Sequence record: NC_028829.1 | Length of the DNA: 64,000 bases | Reading direction: 5' to 3' (one strand) | Shown: positions 18,341-26,082 of the stretch, piece after piece | Layout: every line of letters begins with the position of its first letter | Position numbering within the stretch: the first letter of the stretch is position 1 | The notes under the pieces: generated by a model | Seen by the model: the letters and a program-made list of their open reading frames with translations, nothing else | Database searches by the model: none | Told to the model about the DNA's origin: nothing | Program-made: the position numbers and the translations under genes

Positions 18341-19873
18341 CTATGCGGCAAGATCTACTTTCTTGACTGCGTATTTGAACTCTTCTTGGTTGTAAAGCTC
18401 AATACGTTGCATACCATGCTTCATAGTATAATTTACGTGAGTGTACGGCTTCTTAGCGTTCTTACGTTTCGGCTTGATTGCCAAGTTGTCGATAATGTCA
18501 AACAGCTTCGCCGTAACTTTCGAACCGTGTTTACGTAGAATACGACCAATCGACTGCAAGTTGATGATCTTACTCTTCGTTGGGTGTGCGAAAATTACAT
18601 TGTGTAGTTTCTTGATACTGATACCAGTCGAGAATACACCGTATGATGCGACAATGATCGCCCCATCAATATCTTCTGCAATCTTCTTCACATGCGTACG
18701 GTCGTCTGTTTTAGTCTCACCAGATACGTAGAACACTTTCTCTGGGTCATATACGCTCTTCAACGCTTCGTAAAGCAATTTACCGTGTTTGATGTTCTTG
18801 AATAGCAATAACGTATTTTCGCCTTTCTTCGCGCTTAAATGATGCGCAAGCTTAATCAAGTAACGATTTCGCTGCTTGTTCTCAAGAATGAATTTCATTT
18901 CTTCTTGATATGAACTACCTTTCATTTCGTCACGTAACGGCTGTGGGTATTCAAGCATCAAGCAATTGATCTTCAGATCTGTTACTTGCCCTTCTTCCAT
19001 TAGCTGTGCAGTTGAAACAGGTCGGAAAATATCACCGAATGAACCAACGTACTGTAGAATATTCGCTTTACCGTCTCGAAGTGAGCCAGTAAGACCGATT
19101 TTGTATTCACAGTTTGTCATTTTCTTGATTATACCGTCTAATGACTTACCTGTTGCCAAGTGACACTCATCGACTAAAAGCATACCGAATTGGTCAAACC
19201 ATTCTTTCGGTTGTTTTACAGCAGATTGCCATGTAGATACAACGATTCGGCAGTCACCGATTGCGTCTCGATCAACCCCACCACGAATCTGATAAATGTC
19301 GTTGTGTTCGAATAAACGATAATCTAAGAAGTCATCGCGCATTTGCTGGACAAGTGCAGTTGTAGGTACAATCACTAATACTTTCTGAAGTTCGTGCTCT
19401 TCTTGTGCTAAGAACCATTTAGTAATCAGCGACTGAATTAATGATTTACCCGCAGATGTTGGTAGATTCAATAGACTGTGTTGGTTGTTAATTCCGTGAA
19501 ACACAGAGTCCATCTGATACCAATACGGTGAAATCTTATTCGACCCTGAGTAGATGTCAATAGACTCAACCCATGCTTCGAAATCTTCACGAGAAATTTT
19601 CTCAATCGGATCTAGCATTGGATCGGTTTCAATCGTATACATCATATTTGATGCAAACGCTTTAGCTTGTCCGACTAGACCGTATGGTAATAGACCTTGA
19701 TACGTCATTAGTCGAATTTTGCCATCCCAAATGCCCATTTTAAATTTCGGGTTAAATTTGTACCCATCTGTTAGAAATGAGAAATAGTCAATCATTTCGT
19801 GAGTGATGCTTGGCTCGGCTACGACTCTCGCATAACTCTCATCGTGGTACTCAATTTTAATGTCACATGTCAT
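18341..19873 (-). CDS. uvsW: UvsW SF2 helicase (start MTCDIK; single ORF including the C-terminal helicase domain)
   Basis: PTSAGKS, VDECH, GLTGS, VASYGVFSTGISI, QSIGRILR. Confidence 0.96.
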   Translation of the reverse strand: MTCDIKIEYHDESYARVVAEPSITHEMIDYFSFLTDGYKFNPKFKMGIWDGKIRLMTYQGLLPYGLVGQAKAFASNMMYTIETDPMLDPIEKISREDFEAWVESIDIYSGSNKISPYWYQMDSVFHGINNQHSLLNLPTSAGKSLIQSLITKWFLAQEEHELQKVLVIVPTTALVQQMRDDFLDYRLFEHNDIYQIRGGVDRDAIGDCRIVVSTWQSAVKQPKEWFDQFGMLLVDECHLATGKSLDGIIKKMTNCEYKIGLTGSLRDGKANILQYVGSFGDIFRPVSTAQLMEEGQVTDLKINCLMLEYPQPLRDEMKGSSYQEEMKFILENKQRNRYLIKLAHHLSAKKGENTLLLFKNIKHGKLLYEALKSVYDPEKVFYVSGETKTDDRTHVKKIAEDIDGAIIVASYGVFSTGISIKKLHNVIFAHPTKSKIINLQSIGRILRKHGSKVTAKLFDIIDNLAIKPKRKNAKKPYTHVNYTMKHGMQRIELYNQEEFKYAVKKVDLAA

Positions 19874-19898
19874 GATTTTTCTCTCTATGCGAGTTTTG

Positions 19899-19924
19899 TC
19901 TAAATATGTATAACTGTATTTATA
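19899..19924. promoter_or_regulatory. Back-to-back late promoters: TCTAAATA (+, 19899-19906) and TATAAATA (-, 19917-19924)
   Basis: Read in the uvsW / accessory intergenic region. Confidence 0.7.
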
Positions 19925-19937
19925 GAGGTCTAAATTC

Positions 19938-20147
19938 ATGACAAGAGACGAAATGTTTTACAAGATGAAAGATGGTTGCTTTAAGTTTGAGCATAAAGGC
20001 AAGAAATATCACGCGACTTTATGCAAGCATTATCTACCACATCTTGATTGCAATCGAGAAGAACAACGTAAAAATGAAAACGGTGCAGATAATGAACTTA
20101 CATTTTTCGATTTAAATCGAAATGTGTGGGTAACAATTGAATGCTAA
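19938..20147 (+). CDS. Small hypothetical protein, possibly SH3/WYL_2-like
   Basis: C-terminal FFDLNRNVW resembles the FDLEK..W motif of WYL_2-type phage proteins. Confidence 0.55.
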   Translation: MTRDEMFYKMKDGCFKFEHKGKKYHATLCKHYLPHLDCNREEQRKNENGADNELTFFDLNRNVWVTIEC

Positions 20148-20156
20148 GGTAAAACT

Positions 20157-20669
20157 ATGATTAAAGAATATCTAAAGAAACAAACCAAGCGCGTAGTTGC
20201 AGAATTTGCAAAAGAGTACTACGACATCGAACTTGATAAATCGCTGACTAAAAGCAAGATGATCGACGAGTTATTCACACACGAGCTACGCGAGGTTAAA
20301 GAACTACCACTAGAATGCTCTGTAATCGAGTCTGAGACGCGCTGTGAATCAGTCGATGAATCGGACGCGATTGTAGTCAAAGAGCTTTCAGACGACGTTA
20401 AGAAAGAATTAGAAGGTGTTTCTGCTAATGCCCCTTTAGGTGATGAAAACGTAACATTAGTAATCAAGGACGAATTCAAGCCTAAATGGATGCCTACTTA
20501 TCGCCGTGGGGATGAGCTATATCAGCCAGTTGCGCATGATGTGATTCATGATTGGAATATAGGTCGACGCGACTCTCACGAATTGAAGACGATTGAATAT
20601 TGGGTTAAGCGAAATGGTCATCTTTTAGTTCACGACCGTCTTTCGAACAGCTTCATTTATCTGAGGTAA
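20157..20669 (+). CDS. inh: Inh (prohead protease inhibitor)-like protein, paralogue 1
   Basis: EFAKEYY.IELD N-terminal motif; C-terminus IEYWVKRNGHLLVHDRLSNSF; divergent from uvsW as in T4. Confidence 0.7.
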   Translation: MIKEYLKKQTKRVVAEFAKEYYDIELDKSLTKSKMIDELFTHELREVKELPLECSVIESETRCESVDESDAIVVKELSDDVKKELEGVSANAPLGDENVTLVIKDEFKPKWMPTYRRGDELYQPVAHDVIHDWNIGRRDSHELKTIEYWVKRNGHLLVHDRLSNSFIYLR

Positions 20670-20672
20670 TTT

Positions 20673-21161
20673 ATGTTACGATTTAATGAATATGAAAACA
20701 CGCTTTACGGTATCGAACTGAGTTTATCACTTGAAGAGGGGTGGGGTAATCATAACCTAGCCAAACTAATCCCTGAGCCGAAAATCGATGAGTTACTAGA
20801 AACGAAACCGAAGCACCCGTGGAAGATTGCTGCGAATGCTGCTCAATACCAGAACTTGCTCTTCAATATTGATTCAAGTCGAATCGTATTCAAGAACACT
20901 GTATATCAAGTTGCGTATCTAGGTAACTTATACCCGCCAGAAGAAGTCGGTAAACCTGAAGGTGGGTATAAGTTCGCAGTTAAAAAGTCGATTTATCACT
21001 CACACCCTAGTAGTGAATTTTATTCAGGGAAAAACCCAAAAGACCCTAAGTTAAATGATACTATTTCATTGGTCTGGTGGTTTCAGAGAGGTACAATCGT
21101 ATTCGACTTATGGAAGCATAGCGAATATGATGAAAAACTTGAGAGATGGCGAAGAAAGTAG
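20673..21161 (+). CDS. Hypothetical protein, candidate internal head protein
   Basis: 162 aa; starts MLRFNEY...LEE|G; co-transcribed with inh. Confidence 0.7.
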   Translation: MLRFNEYENTLYGIELSLSLEEGWGNHNLAKLIPEPKIDELLETKPKHPWKIAANAAQYQNLLFNIDSSRIVFKNTVYQVAYLGNLYPPEEVGKPEGGYKFAVKKSIYHSHPSSEFYSGKNPKDPKLNDTISLVWWFQRGTIVFDLWKHSEYDEKLERWRRK

Positions 21162-21190
21162 TTGACAACTCAAATGTTTTTGCTTATTAT
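21162..21190 (+). promoter_or_regulatory. Early promoter TTGACA-N17-TATTAT
   Basis: Near-consensus sigma70 promoter. Confidence 0.85.
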
Positions 21191-21227
21191 AGTCATCGTT
21201 AACACAACATAACTAAGAGAGCAGAAT

Positions 21228-21494
21228 ATGAACAAACTCGAAACAGCTTTTGCTGAACATAACGCTGTACAAGTTCCTGTTGAAAAACCTAGAGAGTTTT
21301 ATACACCGTGTGGCGTTAAATTCACAACTGAACCGATGTTTAATACTGCAACTGGTAAATATGACAGTATTTTATATTCATTTGATACTGGTGAAAAAAT
21401 AATTGTTGACGATGAACTTGACAGCTTTCATGAAGCATATCAAGAATTCACTGCCAAGACATTCATGGCTATTCAAGAGCCAATCGTAATTTAA
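21228..21494 (+). CDS. Hypothetical early protein (88 aa)
   Basis: ORF with AAGAGAG RBS after the early promoter. Confidence 0.75.
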   Translation: MNKLETAFAEHNAVQVPVEKPREFYTPCGVKFTTEPMFNTATGKYDSILYSFDTGEKIIVDDELDSFHEAYQEFTAKTFMAIQEPIVI

Positions 21495-21509
21495 TGAGAG
21501 AAATATATT

Positions 21510-22136
21510 ATGAAAGATTTAGACATCGTACGTAAAGCACTTGCAACTAACGAGTCACCTAAGCGTCGTAACTTCCGCAAAGCAGTAATTCAATTGCTTG
21601 AAAAGCGTGACTTGACAGTTGCAGAGATTGTATATTCACTTAATGGGGGTGAATATGATGAGCGTCTTCGTCGTCGTGTTCAAGCTAACGTTCAGAATGC
21701 ACCTGAAATCATGGTCACTCGATTCGAAACGTTCGGTCACACCGAGATTCCTGTATACACGTTGAAAGGTGACGGTAAATTAGAAGTACTCATGCCAAAA
21801 CGCGAGTCGCCACGTAAGCCTGTATTAGGGATGGAATCTCTATTGACACGTGTTCTCAATCTTGGTCTGGGGCGTGCAGTAGCTGTTGCGGGTCCACAAG
21901 CGGTTGATGCATTTAAAAAGCTTGAACCGAAACAGCAAGCTCGTTATATTTCAACGCTTGCATTGTCAGATCACGCACGTTCTATTCTTACGCTTGTACA
22001 TAGCGCGAACTTGTCAAAAGAGCAGTTGAAAGAACTGAACGTTAAACAACTTGTTCGTCAGAATGCATCGTATGTTGTAGCGAAACTACACGGTTCAACT
22101 GCGTTTTTCGACAATATCAAATCAGTATACGGTTAA
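21510..22136 (+). CDS. Early protein with a probable N-terminal winged-helix domain (208 aa)
   Basis: AVIQLLEKRDLTVAEIVYSL...PVYTL pattern. Confidence 0.65.
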   Translation: MKDLDIVRKALATNESPKRRNFRKAVIQLLEKRDLTVAEIVYSLNGGEYDERLRRRVQANVQNAPEIMVTRFETFGHTEIPVYTLKGDGKLEVLMPKRESPRKPVLGMESLLTRVLNLGLGRAVAVAGPQAVDAFKKLEPKQQARYISTLALSDHARSILTLVHSANLSKEQLKELNVKQLVRQNASYVVAKLHGSTAFFDNIKSVYG

Positions 22137-22152
22137 ATTAACCAATTTAAAA

Positions 22153-22176
22153 GGGTGACTTCGGTCGCCCTTTTTT
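22153..22176 (+). terminator. Terminator of the early two-gene cassette
   Basis: GGGTGAC-TTCG-GTCGCCC-T6. Confidence 0.92.
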
Positions 22177-22184
22177 CGTTTGCG

Positions 22185-22192
22185 TCTAAATA
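22185..22192 (+). promoter_or_regulatory. Late promoter variant TCTAAATA
   Basis: Directly after a terminator, 22 nt before an ATG. Confidence 0.65.
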
Positions 22193-22214
22193 ATAGTAAA
22201 CAAAGGGGTTAACA

Positions 22215-22808
22215 ATGATAGAATTTTTAACAGAAATGGACAAAGCTAAACAAACCGGTAGATGGGCTCAATTTAAAGCAGCAACATCGGGTTCGAAAGG
22301 TGAAGTTAAAAAGCGTATGCAGCGCAAAGGTGGCTTCTGGGGTGTGTTTGCAGGTTTGATCGCGAGTGCGACAGCATCGGGTGAACTTAGAAAGCACAAT
22401 AAGTCACTAGAAGACCATAAGCTAAGAATGGAGCGTGCAGCAGTGAACACAATTCACAGTCTGAATGTTCTTAAAGACGTAATCGAGCTTGAACGTCCTC
22501 GTGACGAAGTAATGAAAGCTGCAAAGCGTTTAAAGCTTGATAACATGGAAATGAAGAAATACGCAACCGAAATGATTCGTGTCGTAGATGAATACAAGCG
22601 TGTTCATGACGAAGATAAGCAGGCAGGTGCGTTTCGTTTTAATGTGAAAGAATACGACCGTCATGATTTTCGTGAGATTTACCATCACTTGAACATGATT
22701 GAAGATAGCACATTTTACGTCGATAAAGCAGCGTCATCGGCTATGACTGGCGATACTGAATACGCAATTCGTATGATTCGCAATATTACAAACGCAGCAA
22801 CGAGGTAA
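22215..22808 (+). CDS. Helical hypothetical late protein, candidate internal head protein
   Basis: MIEFLTE|M start; Gly-rich hydrophobic segment GGFWGVFAGLIASATASG. Confidence 0.7.
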   Translation: MIEFLTEMDKAKQTGRWAQFKAATSGSKGEVKKRMQRKGGFWGVFAGLIASATASGELRKHNKSLEDHKLRMERAAVNTIHSLNVLKDVIELERPRDEVMKAAKRLKLDNMEMKKYATEMIRVVDEYKRVHDEDKQAGAFRFNVKEYDRHDFREIYHHLNMIEDSTFYVDKAASSAMTGDTEYAIRMIRNITNAATR

Positions 22809-22810
22809 TA

Positions 22811-23731
22811 ATGAGCATAATTTTTGAACGCGCTACATTGAAAACTCGAAAAGGTAGTGCAGTAAAACGCAGCAAGTGGGGCGTGGGTAAAGACATTGGC
22901 GGTTCATTATATGTTCACATTGACTATATCCCAGATGAGTTCAAGCAAATGGTTGCTGATGCTCGTACTCAAGTATCAATTGCAAACTCACAATTTACTC
23001 CGAATGTAGTACGAATTGACTACAAGAAAGGTGGAGTTGCTTTCTACGATTCAGTTGAATTTGATACTGTACAAGAACCAGCCGCGGGTATGATGATTAC
23101 TTATAGAGACGGTGTTGTTTCCAAACCACGTCAAGTAAACCAAATATGGCATCACAAATGGTTGTGGGTTGGTGATGATTATAGAGGGTTTGATACTTCT
23201 CAGTCATATGACCGCTCGGCTCAGTGGCTAGATCATGACGATATCCCATTTGCCAAGATCGGTAATAAGAAGACATGGCGTGAATGGTTATCTTCAGTTA
23301 ACTTGACTGAGGCATTTGACCGACCATCTAAAATACACTGGGTTGAGAAGAGAATTCACAGTTGGGGTGGTACGTTCACGGTAAACGGGGACGAATACGC
23401 GATTGCAATACAGTATCAAGAACAAAACGATGCATGGGAACTTGTGTTCTTAGGTATGAACAGTTCGGGTGATTATACTTACAGCGCAACAGGTCGAGGC
23501 AATATGTATGGTGTGTTTGCGACAGTAATGAGCGGTATGCGTGAATTTATAGACGAGCGAGAGCCAGAAACAATTTATTTCAGTGCAGAGCGAGATATAA
23601 AAAACGACAGTGATTCGAGAATAAAACTATACAATCGTTTAGTAAAACGATATGCTGATACATTACCGAATTACACATATAAAACGGTCGAAGGGAAAGT
23701 CTCGACTAAAACATATTTCATTAGAAAATAA
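22811..23731 (+). CDS. Two-domain hypothetical late protein (306 aa) with internal NLTE|A
   Basis: ORF with GAGG RBS; N-terminal domain GVGKDIGGSLYVH...IWHHKW; C-terminal domain VFATV...FI...PETIYFSA...SRIKLYNRLV. Confidence 0.8.
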   Translation: MSIIFERATLKTRKGSAVKRSKWGVGKDIGGSLYVHIDYIPDEFKQMVADARTQVSIANSQFTPNVVRIDYKKGGVAFYDSVEFDTVQEPAAGMMITYRDGVVSKPRQVNQIWHHKWLWVGDDYRGFDTSQSYDRSAQWLDHDDIPFAKIGNKKTWREWLSSVNLTEAFDRPSKIHWVEKRIHSWGGTFTVNGDEYAIAIQYQEQNDAWELVFLGMNSSGDYTYSATGRGNMYGVFATVMSGMREFIDEREPETIYFSAERDIKNDSDSRIKLYNRLVKRYADTLPNYTYKTVEGKVSTKTYFIRK

Positions 23732-23738
23732 GAGAGCA

Positions 23739-23858
23739 ATGAAAACATTTCAAGATTTTCATGAATTCAGCAGATTTCGTCCCTGCTTGATAATTAAAAA
23801 GCGCATTTTTGCGCTTTTTTTGTATCTATTGGTTGACGACAACACCAAAAAGCCGTAA
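23739..23858 (+). pseudogene. Probable remnant of an internal-protein gene (MKTFQDFHEF...) whose frame runs through the terminator and the next promoter
   Basis: AAGAGAG RBS plus a T4 capsid-targeting-like N-terminus; codons 20-39 overlap the terminator and promoter. Confidence 0.45.
23796..23821 (+). terminator. Terminator of the late cassette
   Basis: AAAAAGCGCA-TTTT-TGCGCTTTTTT. Confidence 0.85.
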
Positions 23859-23861
23859 TAT
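23833..23861 (+). promoter_or_regulatory. Early promoter TTGACG-N17-TAATAT
   Basis: Read from sequence. Confidence 0.8.
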
Positions 23862-23903
23862 CTCTATCAACGAAACGAATCGTCCATTACAAGAGAGAAC
23901 ATT

Positions 23904-25088
23904 ATGACTTCACTAAACAAATTCGAAAACACTTACACAATCAAATCAATCTACATGAGCGAGTTTGAAGCGCGTATTGCATCTACTAACAAGATTGCAA
24001 AACGTCTCGGTGTTGCTGAAATTACATTTGAGTTCGGTGAAGTGTACTCAAAAGTCATTATTATCAATCACCAAAAGCATCGTGAATACTACGTTGATGT
24101 TACTATTCGCGGTGAATACCCGTCAACTAAAGGTTGGTCTTTCTTGACTCAACTTGACCACGCGACAAATCTTATTCGTTCAAACAACGAAACAAATCAC
24201 CGTCATCTTCTAGGCGACACAACATGCGATCACTGTAACTCTAATCGTCAACGCAATGTAACTTACGTCATTCAGAATGAAGAGACTAAAGAAGAAATGC
24301 GCGTCGGTGGTTCATGCTTGAAATACTACTTGCCGACTAAATCTATCGACTCACTAGCGACGTTCTACACTGCAATCGCTGATTTCGGTGATGAAGAGTC
24401 TTGGGGTGGTGGTTCTCGTAAAATTTCATATAACGCGCTTCAGATTCTTGCTTGGGCTGCTATGTATGTTGAACACAAAGGTTGTTATCACGGTGGCGGT
24501 GTGACTCGTCAATGGGTTCTTGACATGATTAATGCAGGTACACCTGCACTTCGTACCGAACGCGATGCAATGTTAGATGAATATGATTACGACAATTGTG
24601 AAGAGCAAGCAAAAGAGATTTTAGAATGGGTTGCAACTCAAGAAGCGACTAACGATTTCATGCATAACGTCATCGCGTCTTGTTCTGCACCATTCATCGA
24701 GTACAAACAAACTGGTTACATTGCAGCGGCTATCTTAGCTTTCAACAAAGCAAAAGAGCGCGAGATTCTAGCTAAACGCGAAGCTGAACGTAAAGCAGAT
24801 TTGCCAGAATCTGAGTACGTCGGTACTATCAAAAAACGCGAGAACTTTAATGTCACTCTTGAAGCGGTTATCGTTTCTGAAGGCTACTACGGTGACACGT
24901 TCATTCACAAGTTTCGCGATGAACAAAACAATCTAATCGTGTGGTTTGGTTCAAAGCGTCTACGTGATAACGACGGCGAAGCGATTGAGAAAGGCGTTTC
25001 AGTAACTGTAAAAGCGACTGTAAAAGCGCACGAAGAGTTTCGCGACGAAAAACAGACAATCGTACAGCGTGTAGCGTTCGTCGCTTAG
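23904..25088 (+). CDS. Conserved-looking phage protein (394 aa) with a CxxC...C motif and a C-terminal OB-fold-like domain
   Basis: CDHC...VGGSCL; C-terminal YVG...V.VKATVKAH...KQT...RV. Confidence 0.75.
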   Translation: MTSLNKFENTYTIKSIYMSEFEARIASTNKIAKRLGVAEITFEFGEVYSKVIIINHQKHREYYVDVTIRGEYPSTKGWSFLTQLDHATNLIRSNNETNHRHLLGDTTCDHCNSNRQRNVTYVIQNEETKEEMRVGGSCLKYYLPTKSIDSLATFYTAIADFGDEESWGGGSRKISYNALQILAWAAMYVEHKGCYHGGGVTRQWVLDMINAGTPALRTERDAMLDEYDYDNCEEQAKEILEWVATQEATNDFMHNVIASCSAPFIEYKQTGYIAAAILAFNKAKEREILAKREAERKADLPESEYVGTIKKRENFNVTLEAVIVSEGYYGDTFIHKFRDEQNNLIVWFGSKRLRDNDGEAIEKGVSVTVKATVKAHEEFRDEKQTIVQRVAFVA

Positions 25089-25116
25089 AAACGCATACAG
25101 CTCGATTTAGAGACAC

Positions 25117-25144
25117 AAAAAAGCCCGCACTGAGCGGGCTTTTT
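25117..25144. terminator. Bidirectional terminator
   Basis: A6-GCCCGC-ACTGA-GCGGGC-T5 between convergent genes. Confidence 0.9.
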
Positions 25145-25145
25145 A

Positions 25146-25481
25146 TTATTCAGCAGGTGTAGTAACAGTCCAAGCGATTCGGAAGAATCGGCTATTGGTA
25201 TGTTCTCTGCAAAGTGTAGTTGTTGAATCAACCGCGCCTGCAATAATGTCAACGCATTCTTGAGAAAGACCAGTAATTGAACTCAACGGACTAGCAGTTT
25301 CAATCGCAGCTTTAAGCTCTTCATAAGTTTGCTTGTCTACGATAATGTAAGATTCGCCTGAGTGATTAAGCACAGACGTTGTTACATCATCATACCCACT
25401 TTTCGCAGCGTCTGCCGCTGCTACAGTCGCATCATCAAGTTCGACTGCAAGGTTCATATCAGTATAGATTGGTGTTGTCAT
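25146..25481 (-). CDS. Hypothetical late protein (111 aa)
   Basis: ORF downstream of inh paralogue 2, AGGA RBS. Confidence 0.7.
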   Translation of the reverse strand: MTTPIYTDMNLAVELDDATVAAADAAKSGYDDVTTSVLNHSGESYIIVDKQTYEELKAAIETASPLSSITGLSQECVDIIAGAVDSTTTLCREHTNSRFFRIAWTVTTPAE

Positions 25482-25489
25482 TTCAGTTC

Positions 25490-25987
25490 CTATTTAATTG
25501 TGATGAATTGACTATTGCGAGTTTCACGCACTAGCACCTTGCCGTCTTTCTCGACATAATGCAAGATTGATTTAACTACGCGAAGATCTGATGCGAGTAC
25601 ATCATCAAGCGAACCATCCCCTGCGATAATAGCTTTCGCAGATGTAACCGCGCTATCAGAAGCAGTCATGAAAAATTCACGACCACGACGGAATGGCAAT
25701 GGCATTGGTTCAAATGATTCATCGATTGGTAGTTCTACTTTATCAACGACTTCAGTTTTCACTTCGGAAATTTCTTTAATTTCTTTGGTTTCATCTTTCG
25801 TCTCTACAAGAAGTTCTTCCCATGGTAGTTGTTTCAATGGCGTTTTACCTTCAGCTTCTTCTACAAGCTTCTTAGCCATTGCGCCTTTTGATTTACGACG
25901 GTCAAGTTCGATGCCGTAATATTCTTTTGCAAACTCGTCTAGTTTTTCTTTAGTTAACGACTCTGCGTGTTTTTTCAATTGACTCAT
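25490..25987 (-). CDS. inh: Inh-like protein, paralogue 2
   Basis: C-terminus SILHYVEKDGKVLVRETRNSQFITIK closely matches T4 Inh as I recall it. Confidence 0.82.
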   Translation of the reverse strand: MSQLKKHAESLTKEKLDEFAKEYYGIELDRRKSKGAMAKKLVEEAEGKTPLKQLPWEELLVETKDETKEIKEISEVKTEVVDKVELPIDESFEPMPLPFRRGREFFMTASDSAVTSAKAIIAGDGSLDDVLASDLRVVKSILHYVEKDGKVLVRETRNSQFITIK

Positions 25988-26017
25988 TGTGAATCTCCAA
26001 ATTTAATCATTCGTTTA

Positions 26018-26058
26018 TATTTAGACAGGTTGACTTATATTATTTAGTCTTGTACAGT
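26018..26058. promoter_or_regulatory. Divergent promoters: late TCTAAATA (-, 26018-26025) and sigma70-like TTGACT-N17-TACAGT (+, 26030-26058)
   Basis: Read from the intergenic sequence. Confidence 0.6.
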
Positions 26059-26082
26059 ATAGGTTCACATTGGAGAATAAAA

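Noticed and set aside
23652-23738. 68-aa ORF starting at 23652
   Set aside because: The upstream part overlaps the 306-aa gene out of frame; only the ATG at 23739 has an RBS.
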